From a virus (taxonomy: Duplodnaviria > Caudoviricetes), in IMG/VR virus record IMGVR_UViG_2880505610_000001, positions 1 through 64,000 of that record: DNA of 64,000 nt. One strand, given 5' to 3'. Shown here piece by piece: positions 54,802-64,000 of this stretch (the first letter of the stretch is position 1; the number at the start of each line of letters is the position of its first letter). The notes beneath the pieces were generated by a model. The model saw only the letters and a list, made by a program, of their open reading frames with translations. It made no database searches and was not told where the DNA came from. The position numbers and the translations under genes were made by a program.

Positions 54802-57800
54802 TTACTCGCCGAAGGTGGACGCCCGGGCGGCGAAGTCCAGCCGCTGCGCCACCGAGTCGACGTCGACGGTGTCGTGGATGTGCTGGTGCTCGACGTTCAT
54901 CAGCGTCCCGATCCGCGGGCCGTCGCCGCCCCGGGTGCTGCCGGAGAGCTTGGACCACTGCGCGTCGGTGAAGACGGGCTCGGGGGCGCCGGTGCCGTTG
55001 TAGACCAGGCTCGTGCCGGTCGGCAGCCAGCCTCCTGAGTCGAACGTCAGCGTCCCCTTCGCCAGCTCGCGGTACATGCTGGTCAGAGGGGCGGTCCGGT
55101 CGGCAGGGTCGAAGTTGCGCTGCCCGAACACCTTCGGGTCGATGACGCCGCCGAGCGCGAACCCCGGCCGCAGCACCGTCGCGGGGTTGGAGCGGGTGCC
55201 GCGCTTGACCCTGGGGCCTTCGTTACCTCCGATGGTGCGGTACGTCGACCCGCCGAGCGGCTTCTCGATCAGGTTGACGTGGCTGTTGGACCCATACGTT
55301 GCCAGGTCCCCAGGCCGGCCTGCGGAGGTGGAGATGTGCTTCATGCGGGCGTTGAACGTCGCCACCGCAGCGGTCGGGTAGCCGGGGTAGAACTTCCCGG
55401 CCTTGGCGTCCTTCACCGCCGTGGAAACGAACAACGCGCACCAGGGCGTACCCGCGGGCCACCCCCATTGGCGGGTGAACCGGTTGTTGTTGTCCATGCC
55501 GCGGTCGTCGCCGACACCGATGTACCGGCGGGCCGCAGCGACCACGCCCTTGGCGTCCCCGCCGATCTTCGCCTCGAGCGGACCGAAATAGGTCATGATC
55601 TTGCTGATGAGGGCGTGCGGGATCGCCGAGACCAGCTTCCCGAACGCGCCCATTCCGCCGGTGGTCTTGTCCGACAGCGCCAGCAGCGGCCCGAACACAC
55701 GCTGCGCGGACTTCTTCAGCCCGTCAGCGAACAGGCCCTTGGCGGCGTTCTTGAACTTGTCGACCACGCCACCAAGGAAGAAGTTGCCGCCGAACGCCCC
55801 GGTCATGAACCTGGCGGCGGCGCCGACTCCGCCGCGGCGTGCAGCAGCGTTGGCCGCGTCCACGAACCCGGGCCCGACCGCTCGTGTCCACTCCGGCCGC
55901 ATGATGGCCTCGCCGCCGGATACCCCGATGAGGCCGATGTCGCGGCCAGGGGTGTAGCCCGGGTAGATGCCGCCGGTGTTGAACCCGCGGATCGGGTCGA
56001 GCCTCCCCACGCCCGGGACCAGCGCGGCCACAGCGTTCCAGACACCGACGATGCCCTTGTTGAACACGGTGTTGACCACGAACGAGACGGGTGCCTTGGC
56101 CGCGTCCTTCAGCTTGTCCCAGGCTTTACGGATCGCGTCGACGCCGACCTTGAACGCCCTGCCCAGCTTCCCCACCGCCGACTTGATCCCATCGAAGGTG
56201 GGGCGGATGAAGGTGTTCCACACGTACCGGATGGAGGATCCGATCGCGTTCCACACCGGCCGGATGATCGTGTTGTACAGCCACCTCACCGCCGGAGCGA
56301 CGTAGGTGCGCATCACGGTCACGAACATGTTCAGCACAGGCCGGATGAACGTGTTGTAGGCCCATCGGATGACCGTGGCGATGCCGCGGAACGCTGGCGC
56401 GATTACCGAGCTCCACAGCCACTTGACGATCCCAGCGACGATCTTGAACTGGAGGATCAGCGGCGCGATCAGCACCACAGCAATGAACGAATACAGCCAC
56501 CGGGCAACGGTGGCGATGCCACGGAACGCCGGGGCGATCGCGTTGCTCCACAGCCACTGCGCCCACCGACCCACCGTCTGAAGGGCAACCCAGATGCCGT
56601 GGAAGATCGGCTGGATGACGCTCGAGACCCATGTCACCACGGAAACCATCAGCCGGAACACGGGCAGGAGCAGCCCCACCACGACCTGCCAGTACCGCAT
56701 CACGATGGTGATCGCCAACCGCAGCACCGGGACCAGGTAGCCGACAAGCACGGCAACGAGTTGCACGAGCGGCGGGATCACCGGAGCGATGGCCAGCACA
56801 AGCTGGGAGAACATCGGCAAGATCGGTGTCAGAGCCGGCAGCAGCGACGCCACCGCCAGCACGATCTGCTGCAGAGCCGGCAGTGAGGCCACCAGAGCGG
56901 ACACCAGAGCGCCACCGATCTCGACCGCGGTCTGGGCGATCAAGTTGATGATCGGGGTCAGGATCGGCAGCAGACCTTGCGCCAGTTGCGCAATAGCCAG
57001 GCCCAGCGGAACCAGGATCGGTGTCAACGCCCCAACGACCCGGCCGAACGCGGCTACCAGGACGTTCACCAACGGGATGAGCGCCATCACCACCGGATGG
57101 AGGCCCTGAAGAAGCTGCGCGACGATCCCACCGATGATGGGGAGGATCGGTGCTAGAGCCCGGCCGATCGCGCCGACCGCCTGGAAGAACGCGGTCATCG
57201 CCTGCTGCGCTGCCGCGGTCTTCAGGAATGCGTTGAGCTGGTTCAGCATCGGGCCCAGCACGCCGAAAAGACCCGACCCTGCGGCGCGTGCAGCGGTGAA
57301 GATGCTGTTAATGACCCCGCCCAGATCGACCAGCAGCGCACCAACCTGCTGAACGACGGCAAGGCCCGCGTTAATGATCTGCGTGACGCGCCCGGAGGCG
57401 GCCAGATTCGACATCCACTGCCCGAACCTGGTGGCCACATCCGCTGCGCCGCCAGCGAGCCGCTCCATGGACGAGGTACCTGCCGAGGCCATGTCCCGCA
57501 GTCCGCGAAGCACCGGATTGATCGCGGGCACCAGCGACCGCACCGAGGCGCGCAGCGCCCCAAAAACCGTGTTCAGCGCCCTGACGCTCTGCGACTCCCG
57601 AGCAAACACCAGGGCCTGACGGGCGGCAGCACCGTACTCGGTCGCCAGGCCACGAACCCCTGCTCGCAGGGGGCCGGTGAGCACCTGCGCGGTGCTGCGC
57701 AACTGGCCCGTCAGCTTTGCGAAGAACGCGTCCTGGGCGGCGTGGCGTATGCCCACCAGTTCCGGTCGGAGGGCCCGAAGTTCCCGTGCTGCCGCTTGAG

Positions 57801-58494
57801 CAGCTGGCGACAAACCCTCAAGAGACTTCTCGAACTTCTCAGCGTCCTCACCGAGAGCCGCCTTGAACGCGTCGCCAACCCCGGACAATGCCAGCTTGAG
57901 AGTCCCAACGGCGGCGACCGTGCCCCCGATCACGGCAGGGAGCGCGGCCGTCAGACCGATGACCGGGGCAAGGTTCGCGGCTAGCTGGATCAACCCTGCG
58001 CCGGCACCGATCGCTGCCGCAGCCAACGCCGGGAGCGGCAGCCCCAGGATGCCGCGGCGAAGCCCGCCGAGGCTGGAAGAGGCGCTGGTGGCGCTCCCAC
58101 TCAGGCGCAGCAGGCTGGTGATACTGCGATCAGCGTCGGTGCGGACGTTGATCGTGATCGTGCGCTGATCCAGCCTTCGCAGTATCTGCTCGAGCGCGAC
58201 CAGTTCAGCCGGGGTGTTGCCGAAATCGATGGTGACGCGGGCCTGGACGTGACGGCCGTCGATCTCCTCCAGGGCTTTCTTCAGCCTCGTCAACCGGGCC
58301 AGAGCCTGGCCCATGTCGACGCGGATGCGGACCGGCTTGATCTCCTTCTCGATGCCTTCCTGGATCCGCTTGCCAGCCTCCCTCCCGATCCTGGAGGCAT
58401 CAGGGAGGATCTGCGCGCGCACCCTCGATGCAAAGTCACGCACCGATGGCACGACGTCGACCGAGACCGACCCGACACTGATGGAGGCCACCAC
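54802..58494 (-). CDS. tape measure protein with C-terminal CHAP-like domain
   Basis: 1230 aa Ala/Leu-rich with Trp-periodic repeats; SGGEAIMRPEW; PWCALFVS...PGDL...HV...GGN; FDSGGWLP. Confidence 0.95.
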   Translation of the reverse strand: MVASISVGSVSVDVVPSVRDFASRVRAQILPDASRIGREAGKRIQEGIEKEIKPVRIRVDMGQALARLTRLKKALEEIDGRHVQARVTIDFGNTPAELVALEQILRRLDQRTITINVRTDADRSITSLLRLSGSATSASSSLGGLRRGILGLPLPALAAAAIGAGAGLIQLAANLAPVIGLTAALPAVIGGTVAAVGTLKLALSGVGDAFKAALGEDAEKFEKSLEGLSPAAQAAARELRALRPELVGIRHAAQDAFFAKLTGQLRSTAQVLTGPLRAGVRGLATEYGAAARQALVFARESQSVRALNTVFGALRASVRSLVPAINPVLRGLRDMASAGTSSMERLAGGAADVATRFGQWMSNLAASGRVTQIINAGLAVVQQVGALLVDLGGVINSIFTAARAAGSGLFGVLGPMLNQLNAFLKTAAAQQAMTAFFQAVGAIGRALAPILPIIGGIVAQLLQGLHPVVMALIPLVNVLVAAFGRVVGALTPILVPLGLAIAQLAQGLLPILTPIINLIAQTAVEIGGALVSALVASLPALQQIVLAVASLLPALTPILPMFSQLVLAIAPVIPPLVQLVAVLVGYLVPVLRLAITIVMRYWQVVVGLLLPVFRLMVSVVTWVSSVIQPIFHGIWVALQTVGRWAQWLWSNAIAPAFRGIATVARWLYSFIAVVLIAPLILQFKIVAGIVKWLWSSVIAPAFRGIATVIRWAYNTFIRPVLNMFVTVMRTYVAPAVRWLYNTIIRPVWNAIGSSIRYVWNTFIRPTFDGIKSAVGKLGRAFKVGVDAIRKAWDKLKDAAKAPVSFVVNTVFNKGIVGVWNAVAALVPGVGRLDPIRGFNTGGIYPGYTPGRDIGLIGVSGGEAIMRPEWTRAVGPGFVDAANAAARRGGVGAAARFMTGAFGGNFFLGGVVDKFKNAAKGLFADGLKKSAQRVFGPLLALSDKTTGGMGAFGKLVSAIPHALISKIMTYFGPLEAKIGGDAKGVVAAARRYIGVGDDRGMDNNNRFTRQWGWPAGTPWCALFVSTAVKDAKAGKFYPGYPTAAVATFNARMKHISTSAGRPGDLATYGSNSHVNLIEKPLGGSTYRTIGGNEGPRVKRGTRSNPATVLRPGFALGGVIDPKVFGQRNFDPADRTAPLTSMYRELAKGTLTFDSGGWLPTGTSLVYNGTGAPEPVFTDAQWSKLSGSTRGGDGPRIGTLMNVEHQHIHDTVDVDSVAQRLDFAARASTFGE

Positions 58495-58515
58495 CGCACC
58501 TCCTCGGCTGGTCGA

Positions 58516-58998
58516 TCAGCTGGCGGGCGGTAGTGGTGGAGCGGCGCCATTCATGTGGGCGATGAGCCACTCGGCCGTCTCTGGCGGCATCACCGGGCGG
58601 GGGGGTTTACGGCCCACGCCAGGCCGCGGAGTCGGCTCAGGCTGTTTGGGTTTTTTATCGCCCTTGCCGAGCCGGGACACCGCAGCCTCCCAGCGGGCAT
58701 AGCGGGTCTCGTCAAGCAGCATCGCGACCAGCAGTTCGAGCTGGGACCACTGCCCATCGGCCGGGTCAGCGTCGCTGTCGCTCACCTTGTCAGGGTGGTT
58801 GACGCGGAGCGCGGTCATCGTCGCGCTCTCCGGCGGAAGGAAACGGAGTAGGTTCCGCAGCCGCCGCCATGTCAACTGTGAACGGCCCCCGCCGGGGCGC
58901 CACAGGTCCCGCAGGTCAGTGGAGTAGTACCGCTGAAGGTCGGCCTCTACCTGCGCCGCCGCTTCTTCGAGGAGCGCGGTGAGGCCTGCGATTCCCCC
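58516..58998 (-). CDS. tail assembly chaperone, -1 frameshift extension
   Basis: After GGGGGAA the -1 frame reads GIAGLTALLEEAAAQVEADLQRYYSTDLRDLWR..LTWRRL, joining ORF 58516-58875. Confidence 0.85.
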   Translation of the reverse strand, partial: GGIAGLTALLEEAAAQVEADLQRYYSTDLRDLWRPGGGRSQLTWRRLRNLLRFLPPESATMTALRVNHPDKVSDSDADPADGQWSQLELLVAMLLDETRYARWEAAVSRLGKGDKKPKQPEPTPRPGVGRKPPRPVMPPETAEWLIAHMNGAAPPLPPAS

Positions 58999-59309
58999 GT
59001 CCGGATCCCGTAGTGCTTCTGCGCGCCCTCCACGATCGCGTTGAGCTTGCGGTTGGAGACCGTCTGCTCGCAGAACCGCTCGTAGTCCTCGTCACCGAGG
59101 AGCTCGCGGATGAACGCGCGCAGGCCGCCCGGTGAGTCGGTGTCGGCGGTGGCCTGCCAGTCCGCTTCATCCGGTGAGATCGCGGTGAACACCTCACCGC
59201 CGACGCGGAAGGTGAACGTGGCTTCGGTGGCCTCGTCCTCCATCGCGTCCAGGTCCAGGTGGACCACGGGTTCACCGTCCTCGGTGATGATCCTGGGTGC
59301 AGCGGTCAT
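58947..59309 (-). CDS. tail assembly chaperone
   Basis: Between major tail and TMP; slippery site near 3' end. Confidence 0.88.
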   Translation of the reverse strand: MTAAPRIITEDGEPVVHLDLDAMEDEATEATFTFRVGGEVFTAISPDEADWQATADTDSPGGLRAFIRELLGDEDYERFCEQTVSNRKLNAIVEGAQKHYGIRTGESQASPRSSKKRRRR

Positions 59310-59386
59310 GGGCTCCCCTCAGTGGAGTGGGTTGATGGTCATGGAAGAGCAGCCGGTCGACTGTCGGCCGCCTGGGGGCGTGCCGG

Positions 59387-59983
59387 TCAGGACCCTCCGC
59401 CGGGCAGCGCCGACGGGTCGATCTTGGAGGTGTGGTACAGCAGGTTCCCGGCCGCGTCCGGGTACACGCTGACGGTCACCTCGTAGCCGGTGACCTCGTC
59501 CCCCTTGTAGACCACGTCGCCGCGCTCGGAGATCTCCGCCTCCGGCGCGAACATCCGCAGCATCGACTCGCCGTCGTAGACGTCCCACACCCAGGCACGG
59601 CGGTCCGGTGCCGGCGTCGCCGACTCGGCGAACGAGGTGAGCCCGTCTGTATCCGGGGTGACGCCAGCGACCGGCAGCCGGTACATCAGGCTCTTGACCA
59701 GGGGACGCTGCGTCTCCCACAGCGTCATCTGGAACGTCCGAACCGACCCGGTGACGACCTTCCGGAACGGGGAGGTCTGCCCCCACGCCTTGAACTCCTC
59801 GGAGTCCTCGTCGATGGCGTAGGTCAGGCCGTCCTCGGAGATCATGCCCACCGGCATCCACGGCGAGGCCAGGCTGGTGAATCCGGTCGGCGCGGTCGGG
59901 GTCGCGGTACCCAGATCGACGGCCCATGCGCCGCCGTTGATACCGATCATCGCGAGGTCGTCGGACCGCTCAATCGTGGGCAT
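59387..59983 (-). CDS. major tail protein
   Basis: GMISEDGL...FKAWGQ...TFQMTLWET...EISERGDVVY...GYEVTVSVYPD. Confidence 0.92.
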   Translation of the reverse strand: MPTIERSDDLAMIGINGGAWAVDLGTATPTAPTGFTSLASPWMPVGMISEDGLTYAIDEDSEEFKAWGQTSPFRKVVTGSVRTFQMTLWETQRPLVKSLMYRLPVAGVTPDTDGLTSFAESATPAPDRRAWVWDVYDGESMLRMFAPEAEISERGDVVYKGDEVTGYEVTVSVYPDAAGNLLYHTSKIDPSALPGGGS

Positions 59984-60046
59984 AGGGCCCTCCCATGCGA
60001 AAGACCCCACCGCCTGGTGGGGCCCTGGTTTCCGATTCGTCTCAGG

Positions 60047-60427
60047 TCAGGTGTGCGCGGACAGCCGGTAGGTGGCCAGGTAGCGGCACAGATTCGGGTT
60101 GGGGTCAGATAGCCAGTACGGGGCCACGTCCACCGACGCGGCGGTGACGACCCCCTCGGGGCGGCGCTGCCCGATCAGAGTCCACGTGGTGAGGTCCACG
60201 ACCTGCTGGGCGATCTGCGAGCACAAGGCCCGCTGCGCCTTGAGCGTCCACACCGACACGTCCACCAGCGGGCGGTCCAGCCGGTATCCGGCGCCGCTGG
60301 GCACACGGGCGACCTGGATGACCGGGACGGCCTGCTCCAACGTCGCCGGCAGCTCGGTGGCCGCGCGGTAGCCGGTCTCGGCCCGGTAGAACGCGACCAG
60401 CAACTTCTCGATGTCGGGGTAGGCCAC
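60047..60427 (-). CDS. tail terminator
   Basis: YPDIEKLLV...LP...P.IQV.RV...DRPLVDVSVW. Confidence 0.8.
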   Translation of the reverse strand: MAYPDIEKLLVAFYRAETGYRAATELPATLEQAVPVIQVARVPSGAGYRLDRPLVDVSVWTLKAQRALCSQIAQQVVDLTTWTLIGQRRPEGVVTAASVDVAPYWLSDPNPNLCRYLATYRLSAHT

Positions 60428-60429
60428 GG

Positions 60430-60750
60430 TCAATCCCCAGCGGCCCGCAGCGCGTTCCGCAGGATGTGCCGCGCCGGCGTGGTGGAGGTGCCGTACTCGA
60501 CGAACACCGCGTGCCCGGCAGTGTTGTTGACACGGCCGTAGGCGCGGTCCCGACGGACCCCGCCGCGGGCCCCAGACGACACCGTGAACGAGTTCTTGTA
60601 CTCGCCGGACTCCACCGGCGCCGTGGCCTCCGCCACCCATTTGACTCTGTCGGCGCGGCGGCGCATCTCCGCCTGCATCCACGGGGAGCGGAGCATTACT
60701 CCGACGCCACGGTAGGACGCCCGGAACGTGGTCCCCCGCGTACTAGCCAT
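60430..60750 (-). CDS. HK97 gp10-like neck protein
   Basis: APVESGEYKNS...AVFVEYGT...HILRNAL. Confidence 0.85.
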   Translation of the reverse strand: MASTRGTTFRASYRGVGVMLRSPWMQAEMRRRADRVKWVAEATAPVESGEYKNSFTVSSGARGGVRRDRAYGRVNNTAGHAVFVEYGTSTTPARHILRNALRAAGD

Positions 60751-60955
60751 CGTCGCCTCCCGCCTGTACCGCGACCCCGGCGATTCCGCCGATCACCACG
60801 AAAGACACCGTCGGGAATGATCTGCGTAGCTGCGCGGTGAACGCCTGCACGTCCTCGGCGGGGATGTCCTCGGTGAGCGCGATCAGGACCCGATCCCCGG
60901 GGCGGAGGACCACCATCGGTGGCACTGAGGCGCCCTGCAGTTCAGGCATCGGCAT
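60743..60955 (-). CDS. small hypothetical protein
   Basis: Fills gap in neck operon; VLRPGDRVLI. Confidence 0.6.
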   Translation of the reverse strand: MPMPELQGASVPPMVVLRPGDRVLIALTEDIPAEDVQAFTAQLRRSFPTVSFVVIGGIAGVAVQAGGDDG

Positions 60956-60964
60956 CTCAGCACC

Positions 60965-61306
60965 TCACCCGGTGACGCGCGACAGTTCGATCTGCACGCC
61001 GCCCTCAGTCCCGGTCAGCGGAGACCGCCACTCCCCCGGGTCACCGTCCACCTCATACAGGACCCCGCGGACCCGTGCCCGGTCATGCGGGCGGACATCG
61101 GTGCCATAGGGGGCCAGCACATTCAGGCCCTCCAGGACCTGCAGGCGGGCCTGCACGTCCTCCGACGACGTCCGCGGCCACACCGCGCACCCCGCCACCG
61201 CGACCTCCACGTCCGGGCCGGGCACGTCGTTTCCGTAGTCGTCCTGCGTCGGAGGGCCGGGGCGGATGATCGTGACCGTCTCCCCGAACGGGTAGGGCGG
61301 CGGCAC
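60965..61306 (-). CDS. head-to-tail stopper
   Basis: ETVTIIR...DDYGN...DRARVRGVLYEVDGDP..W.SP.TG. Confidence 0.85.
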   Translation of the reverse strand: MPPPYPFGETVTIIRPGPPTQDDYGNDVPGPDVEVAVAGCAVWPRTSSEDVQARLQVLEGLNVLAPYGTDVRPHDRARVRGVLYEVDGDPGEWRSPLTGTEGGVQIELSRVTG

Positions 61307-61310
61307 CCGG

Positions 61311-61727
61311 TCACCACCCCGCCTCAAGGTCGACCCAGCCGCCGCGCGGGTCGTCCCGGTCGGGATCCCACTCCTGCGGCCAGGTCACCTCCGGGTCGGC
61401 GTCTGCCGGTGTCGGGTCCACCGTAAACGCCCCACCCCGCCCAGCGAGGCGCTGCAAGGTCCGCCGCTCGTCCCGGGTCATGTACAGGCCCGCCTGCGGA
61501 CGCTGCACGCTCACCGGCCCGACCGTCTCGTACGCCACGCCCTGCGGGTTGGCGTACGCCCGGCCGGCGACGGCCAGCACCACCGCCGACGCCGCCTCCG
61601 GAAGCGGGGTGACGATCGACTCTGCCAGCAGGATCGCCTGCTCGATCATCAACTCGGCGCGGGCACCGTCGATCTCGGACAGCCCCAGATACAGGGCAAG
61701 GTCCTCTGCGGTGACGTCGACCGGCAC
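61311..61727 (-). CDS. head-to-tail adaptor
   Basis: V.GRAYANPQG...ETVGP...GLYMTRDERRTL. Confidence 0.85.
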   Translation of the reverse strand: MPVDVTAEDLALYLGLSEIDGARAELMIEQAILLAESIVTPLPEAASAVVLAVAGRAYANPQGVAYETVGPVSVQRPQAGLYMTRDERRTLQRLAGRGGAFTVDPTPADADPEVTWPQEWDPDRDDPRGGWVDLEAGW

Positions 61728-61731
61728 GAGC

Positions 61732-62889
61732 TCACCCCTTCGACGTGACCGCCTCGACCGCCGTGCACCACTCCGCCAGGTCCGCGGCCGGGTCCAGTTC
61801 CTTCGCCCGGGCCAGGGACCGCTCGGACGCCGCGGCCCACTGCGCGGGGTCGGTGAGCGCCTGCACCGCCTCCACCCACGCGTCCACGTCACCGCGTTCG
61901 GCGAAGATCCCGGCCTCTCCCAGGCATTCGGCGAGACCGGTCGTGGGCGCGGCGACCACCGGGATCCCCGACGCCATCGCCTCCACCGCCACCCGGCCCC
62001 ACGACTCGCTCGCAGACGGGACCAGCAGGATCCGGGTGCGGGCATACACCTCGTCCCGCATCCGCTCGCCCGGCATGTGCTCGACGACCTCCACGTTCGG
62101 CAGACCGCCGCGGCGTTCGATCTGCTGCCCGTAGGCGCCCTTGACGCCCAGGAACCTCAGATCGGGGAGCCGTTCGGCGACCTGCCAGAACAGGGCCCCG
62201 CCCTTGTCGGCGTTGAGGTTGATCAACGTGACGTGGTCGCCCGGAGTGGTGCGGTAGTCGTCGCCCAGTACCGGCGGGCGAACCACGATCGACTGTTCCG
62301 GTCGCAGCGCCGGGGTGTACTCGCAGAAGAACGCCTCGGCCTCCGCCTGCATGTGCAGGCTGTTGTACACCGCCAGCGACACCGCGCCCCGCCCGATGTT
62401 CTTGAAGACCACCGGGGCGGTGTTGTGCGCCAGCGCCACGAACGGGCGTCCCATCCCCCGCGCCAACGCGCCGGCGGACGGGACGTTCTCATGGTGGGCG
62501 ATGATCACATCGGCGCTCTTGGCCGCGGCACCGAAGTCCTGCCGGGCCGCGTACGGCACCACGTGCACGCCGTCGACCTGGTACGGGGCCCGGTCGGGCG
62601 AGTACCGCGACAGCCACACCGACACTTCGTGGCCGCGTGCCACCAGCGCCCGCAGCATCGAATGCAGCATCCATTCCGACCCGGCGTTGTGCCGGGGCGG
62701 GTAGGCGTGGACGCGCGCCACGACGTTCAGCGGCGCCGTGGCCCGGCCGAGCCCCTCGAACACCGACACCGCCTGCGCCGCTGACGCATCCGGGGTGGCG
62801 GTCTTCTTCTTGGTGGTGCCCGGCCGGGAACGCCGCTGAGGCGACGCCCTACGCTGCCGCGGCGACGCGGGAACGTCGGTGTCGGTCAC
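61732..62889 (-). CDS. GT4-family glycosyltransferase
   Basis: YPP..NAGSE..L..L..RGHEV; KG; PS.SESWGRVAVEAMASGIPVVA. Confidence 0.9.
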   Translation of the reverse strand: MTDTDVPASPRQRRASPQRRSRPGTTKKKTATPDASAAQAVSVFEGLGRATAPLNVVARVHAYPPRHNAGSEWMLHSMLRALVARGHEVSVWLSRYSPDRAPYQVDGVHVVPYAARQDFGAAAKSADVIIAHHENVPSAGALARGMGRPFVALAHNTAPVVFKNIGRGAVSLAVYNSLHMQAEAEAFFCEYTPALRPEQSIVVRPPVLGDDYRTTPGDHVTLINLNADKGGALFWQVAERLPDLRFLGVKGAYGQQIERRGGLPNVEVVEHMPGERMRDEVYARTRILLVPSASESWGRVAVEAMASGIPVVAAPTTGLAECLGEAGIFAERGDVDAWVEAVQALTDPAQWAAASERSLARAKELDPAADLAEWCTAVEAVTSKG

Positions 62890-63842
62890 GAACCGACACC
62901 GTCGGCGGTGTAGGTCACGAACGCGTCGGCGTCGCCCATGACGAAGCCGTAGAACGCCTCCGCCAGCAGCAGCACCAGGTTCTCCTGGAACGCCGAGTGG
63001 ACGCCGCCTTCCTCGTCCACGTAGGTCGCCTCGCTGGAGATGCGGACGGTGATGTCCATCCCGATGCCGTAGGCGGCCTGCGACCAGTCGCCGCCGACCG
63101 CGCGAAGCCCAGTGTCGGCGCTGGAGGACTGGCGGCGCTGCTTGCCCGACACCCCACGCGAGTACGCCAGCGGCTCTCCGATCAGGGTGCCGCCCATCGC
63201 CTGGTTCAGGCCCGGGGTGGTGGTGTCGACGAAGATCGGCCGGCCGTTGGCGTCGGTCGCCAGCATCAGCTTCGGCTTCAGCCGCGGGTCAGCGACGGTG
63301 CCGGTGTAGTCCCAGTCGTCGTCGACGACCATGGCCATGCCGTTGACCAGGTCCGCCCACAGGCCGCCGGAGGTCTGCGCCGCGGTGTCGAGTTCGACGG
63401 TGTTGGTGGTGGAGGCCAGGTAGTCGCCGAACGGGCCGGCCGCGCCCTTCATCGTCTTGCCGTGGATCGCGGCGTGGTCGAAGGCCCGCGCGAACGCGGT
63501 CGGCAGGTCCCGCTGCAGCTGCGTCCACAGGCCGGCGGCGTTGGTCCGCACGACCTCTTCCGACACCGGGATCAGCACCGCGATCTTCTTCGGCGTCATC
63601 TGCTTGACGTCGATCCCGCCGCTGGACAACGGCTTGCGCGCCCCGGAGCCGACCCAGTCGGCGGTGGGCACGTCCAGTGGGATCGGAATGGAGGTGTTGG
63701 CGTCGATGGACAGCGGCGCGCGCTGCGCCAGCGACATGATCGCCGACTGCTCCACCGACTTCTCGAAGATGGGACCCGCCAGCGTCCGCGGCAGGAGGTT
63801 GCTGTCGATATCCGACAGCAGGATCGGGTCGGTGGTGGCCAC
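62886..63842 (-). CDS. major capsid protein (HK97 fold)
   Basis: KKIAVLIPVSEE...AFARAFDHAAIHG...D.NGRPIF...GDWSQ..YG...FQENLVLLLAE. Confidence 0.95.
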   Translation of the reverse strand: MATTDPILLSDIDSNLLPRTLAGPIFEKSVEQSAIMSLAQRAPLSIDANTSIPIPLDVPTADWVGSGARKPLSSGGIDVKQMTPKKIAVLIPVSEEVVRTNAAGLWTQLQRDLPTAFARAFDHAAIHGKTMKGAAGPFGDYLASTTNTVELDTAAQTSGGLWADLVNGMAMVVDDDWDYTGTVADPRLKPKLMLATDANGRPIFVDTTTPGLNQAMGGTLIGEPLAYSRGVSGKQRRQSSSADTGLRAVGGDWSQAAYGIGMDITVRISSEATYVDEEGGVHSAFQENLVLLLAEAFYGFVMGDADAFVTYTADGVGS

Positions 63843-63856
63843 CGGTCACCCCTCTC

Positions 63857-64000
63857 TCAGCGGCCCTTGCTCTTCAGCAGCCGCGAATTGACGAACCCCG
63901 CGAACTCGTCCGCGGGGTCCTTGGCTCTGGTCTGGTTGGCGCCCGATGCCTGCGTCCGGTCCGGCGCCGGGCGGCGCCGCTCCGGTTCGGCAGGCTTGAG
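63857..64000 (-). CDS. capsid scaffolding protein, C-terminal fragment
   Basis: LKPAEPERRRPAPDRTQASG...DPADEFAGFVNSRL immediately upstream of capsid gene. Confidence 0.75.
   Translation of the reverse strand, partial: LKPAEPERRRPAPDRTQASGANQTRAKDPADEFAGFVNSRLLKSKGR

Larger units (their letters stand above)
44513..64000 (-). mobile_element. Siphovirus-type virion morphogenesis and lysis module (continues beyond right edge)
   Basis: Canonical order scaffold, capsid, head-tail connectors, major tail, frameshifted chaperones, tape measure, Dit, minor tail, endolysin, holin; co-oriented with abutting or overlapping stop/start codons. Confidence 0.95.

Noticed and set aside
55279-56886. 535-aa plus-strand ORF
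   Set aside because: Antisense shadow of the tape measure gene

Overview
High-GC actinomycete DNA with no recognisable chromosomal housekeeping gene in 64 kb; the whole window reads as one or more mobile elements. Left to right: small phage-type genes (0-2.7 kb); a defence/stability cluster with an EVE-HNH nuclease, three toxin-antitoxin pairs and an atypical kinase (2.9-9.4 kb); a non-coding 12-bp-periodic repeat array and an HTH replication initiator with internal 22-bp iterons (9.9-13.4 kb); a WhiJ-like XRE/DUF397/DUF6879/HD switch whose palindromic operator covers the promoter of a long Streptomyces-type transfer operon with excisionase-like HTH, WhiB, Spd-like membrane proteins, three paralogous helical-hairpin proteins, an FtsK/TraB translocase, MazG and Nudix (13.5-30 kb); an AlbA_2/Schlafen gene; a Cre-like recombinase with an adjacent 11-6-11 crossover site; a Ro60/TROVE gene preceded by two tandem Y-like RNAs, one a circularly permuted tRNA mimic (36-37.9 kb); a second WhiJ-like cluster; and an apparently intact siphovirus capsid-tail-lysis module on the minus strand (44.5-64 kb) with a glycosyltransferase directly behind the major capsid gene. 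The most interesting reading is a phage-plasmid that also carries TraB-type conjugation; this is inference. All family calls come from motif recognition by eye, no database searches were run.
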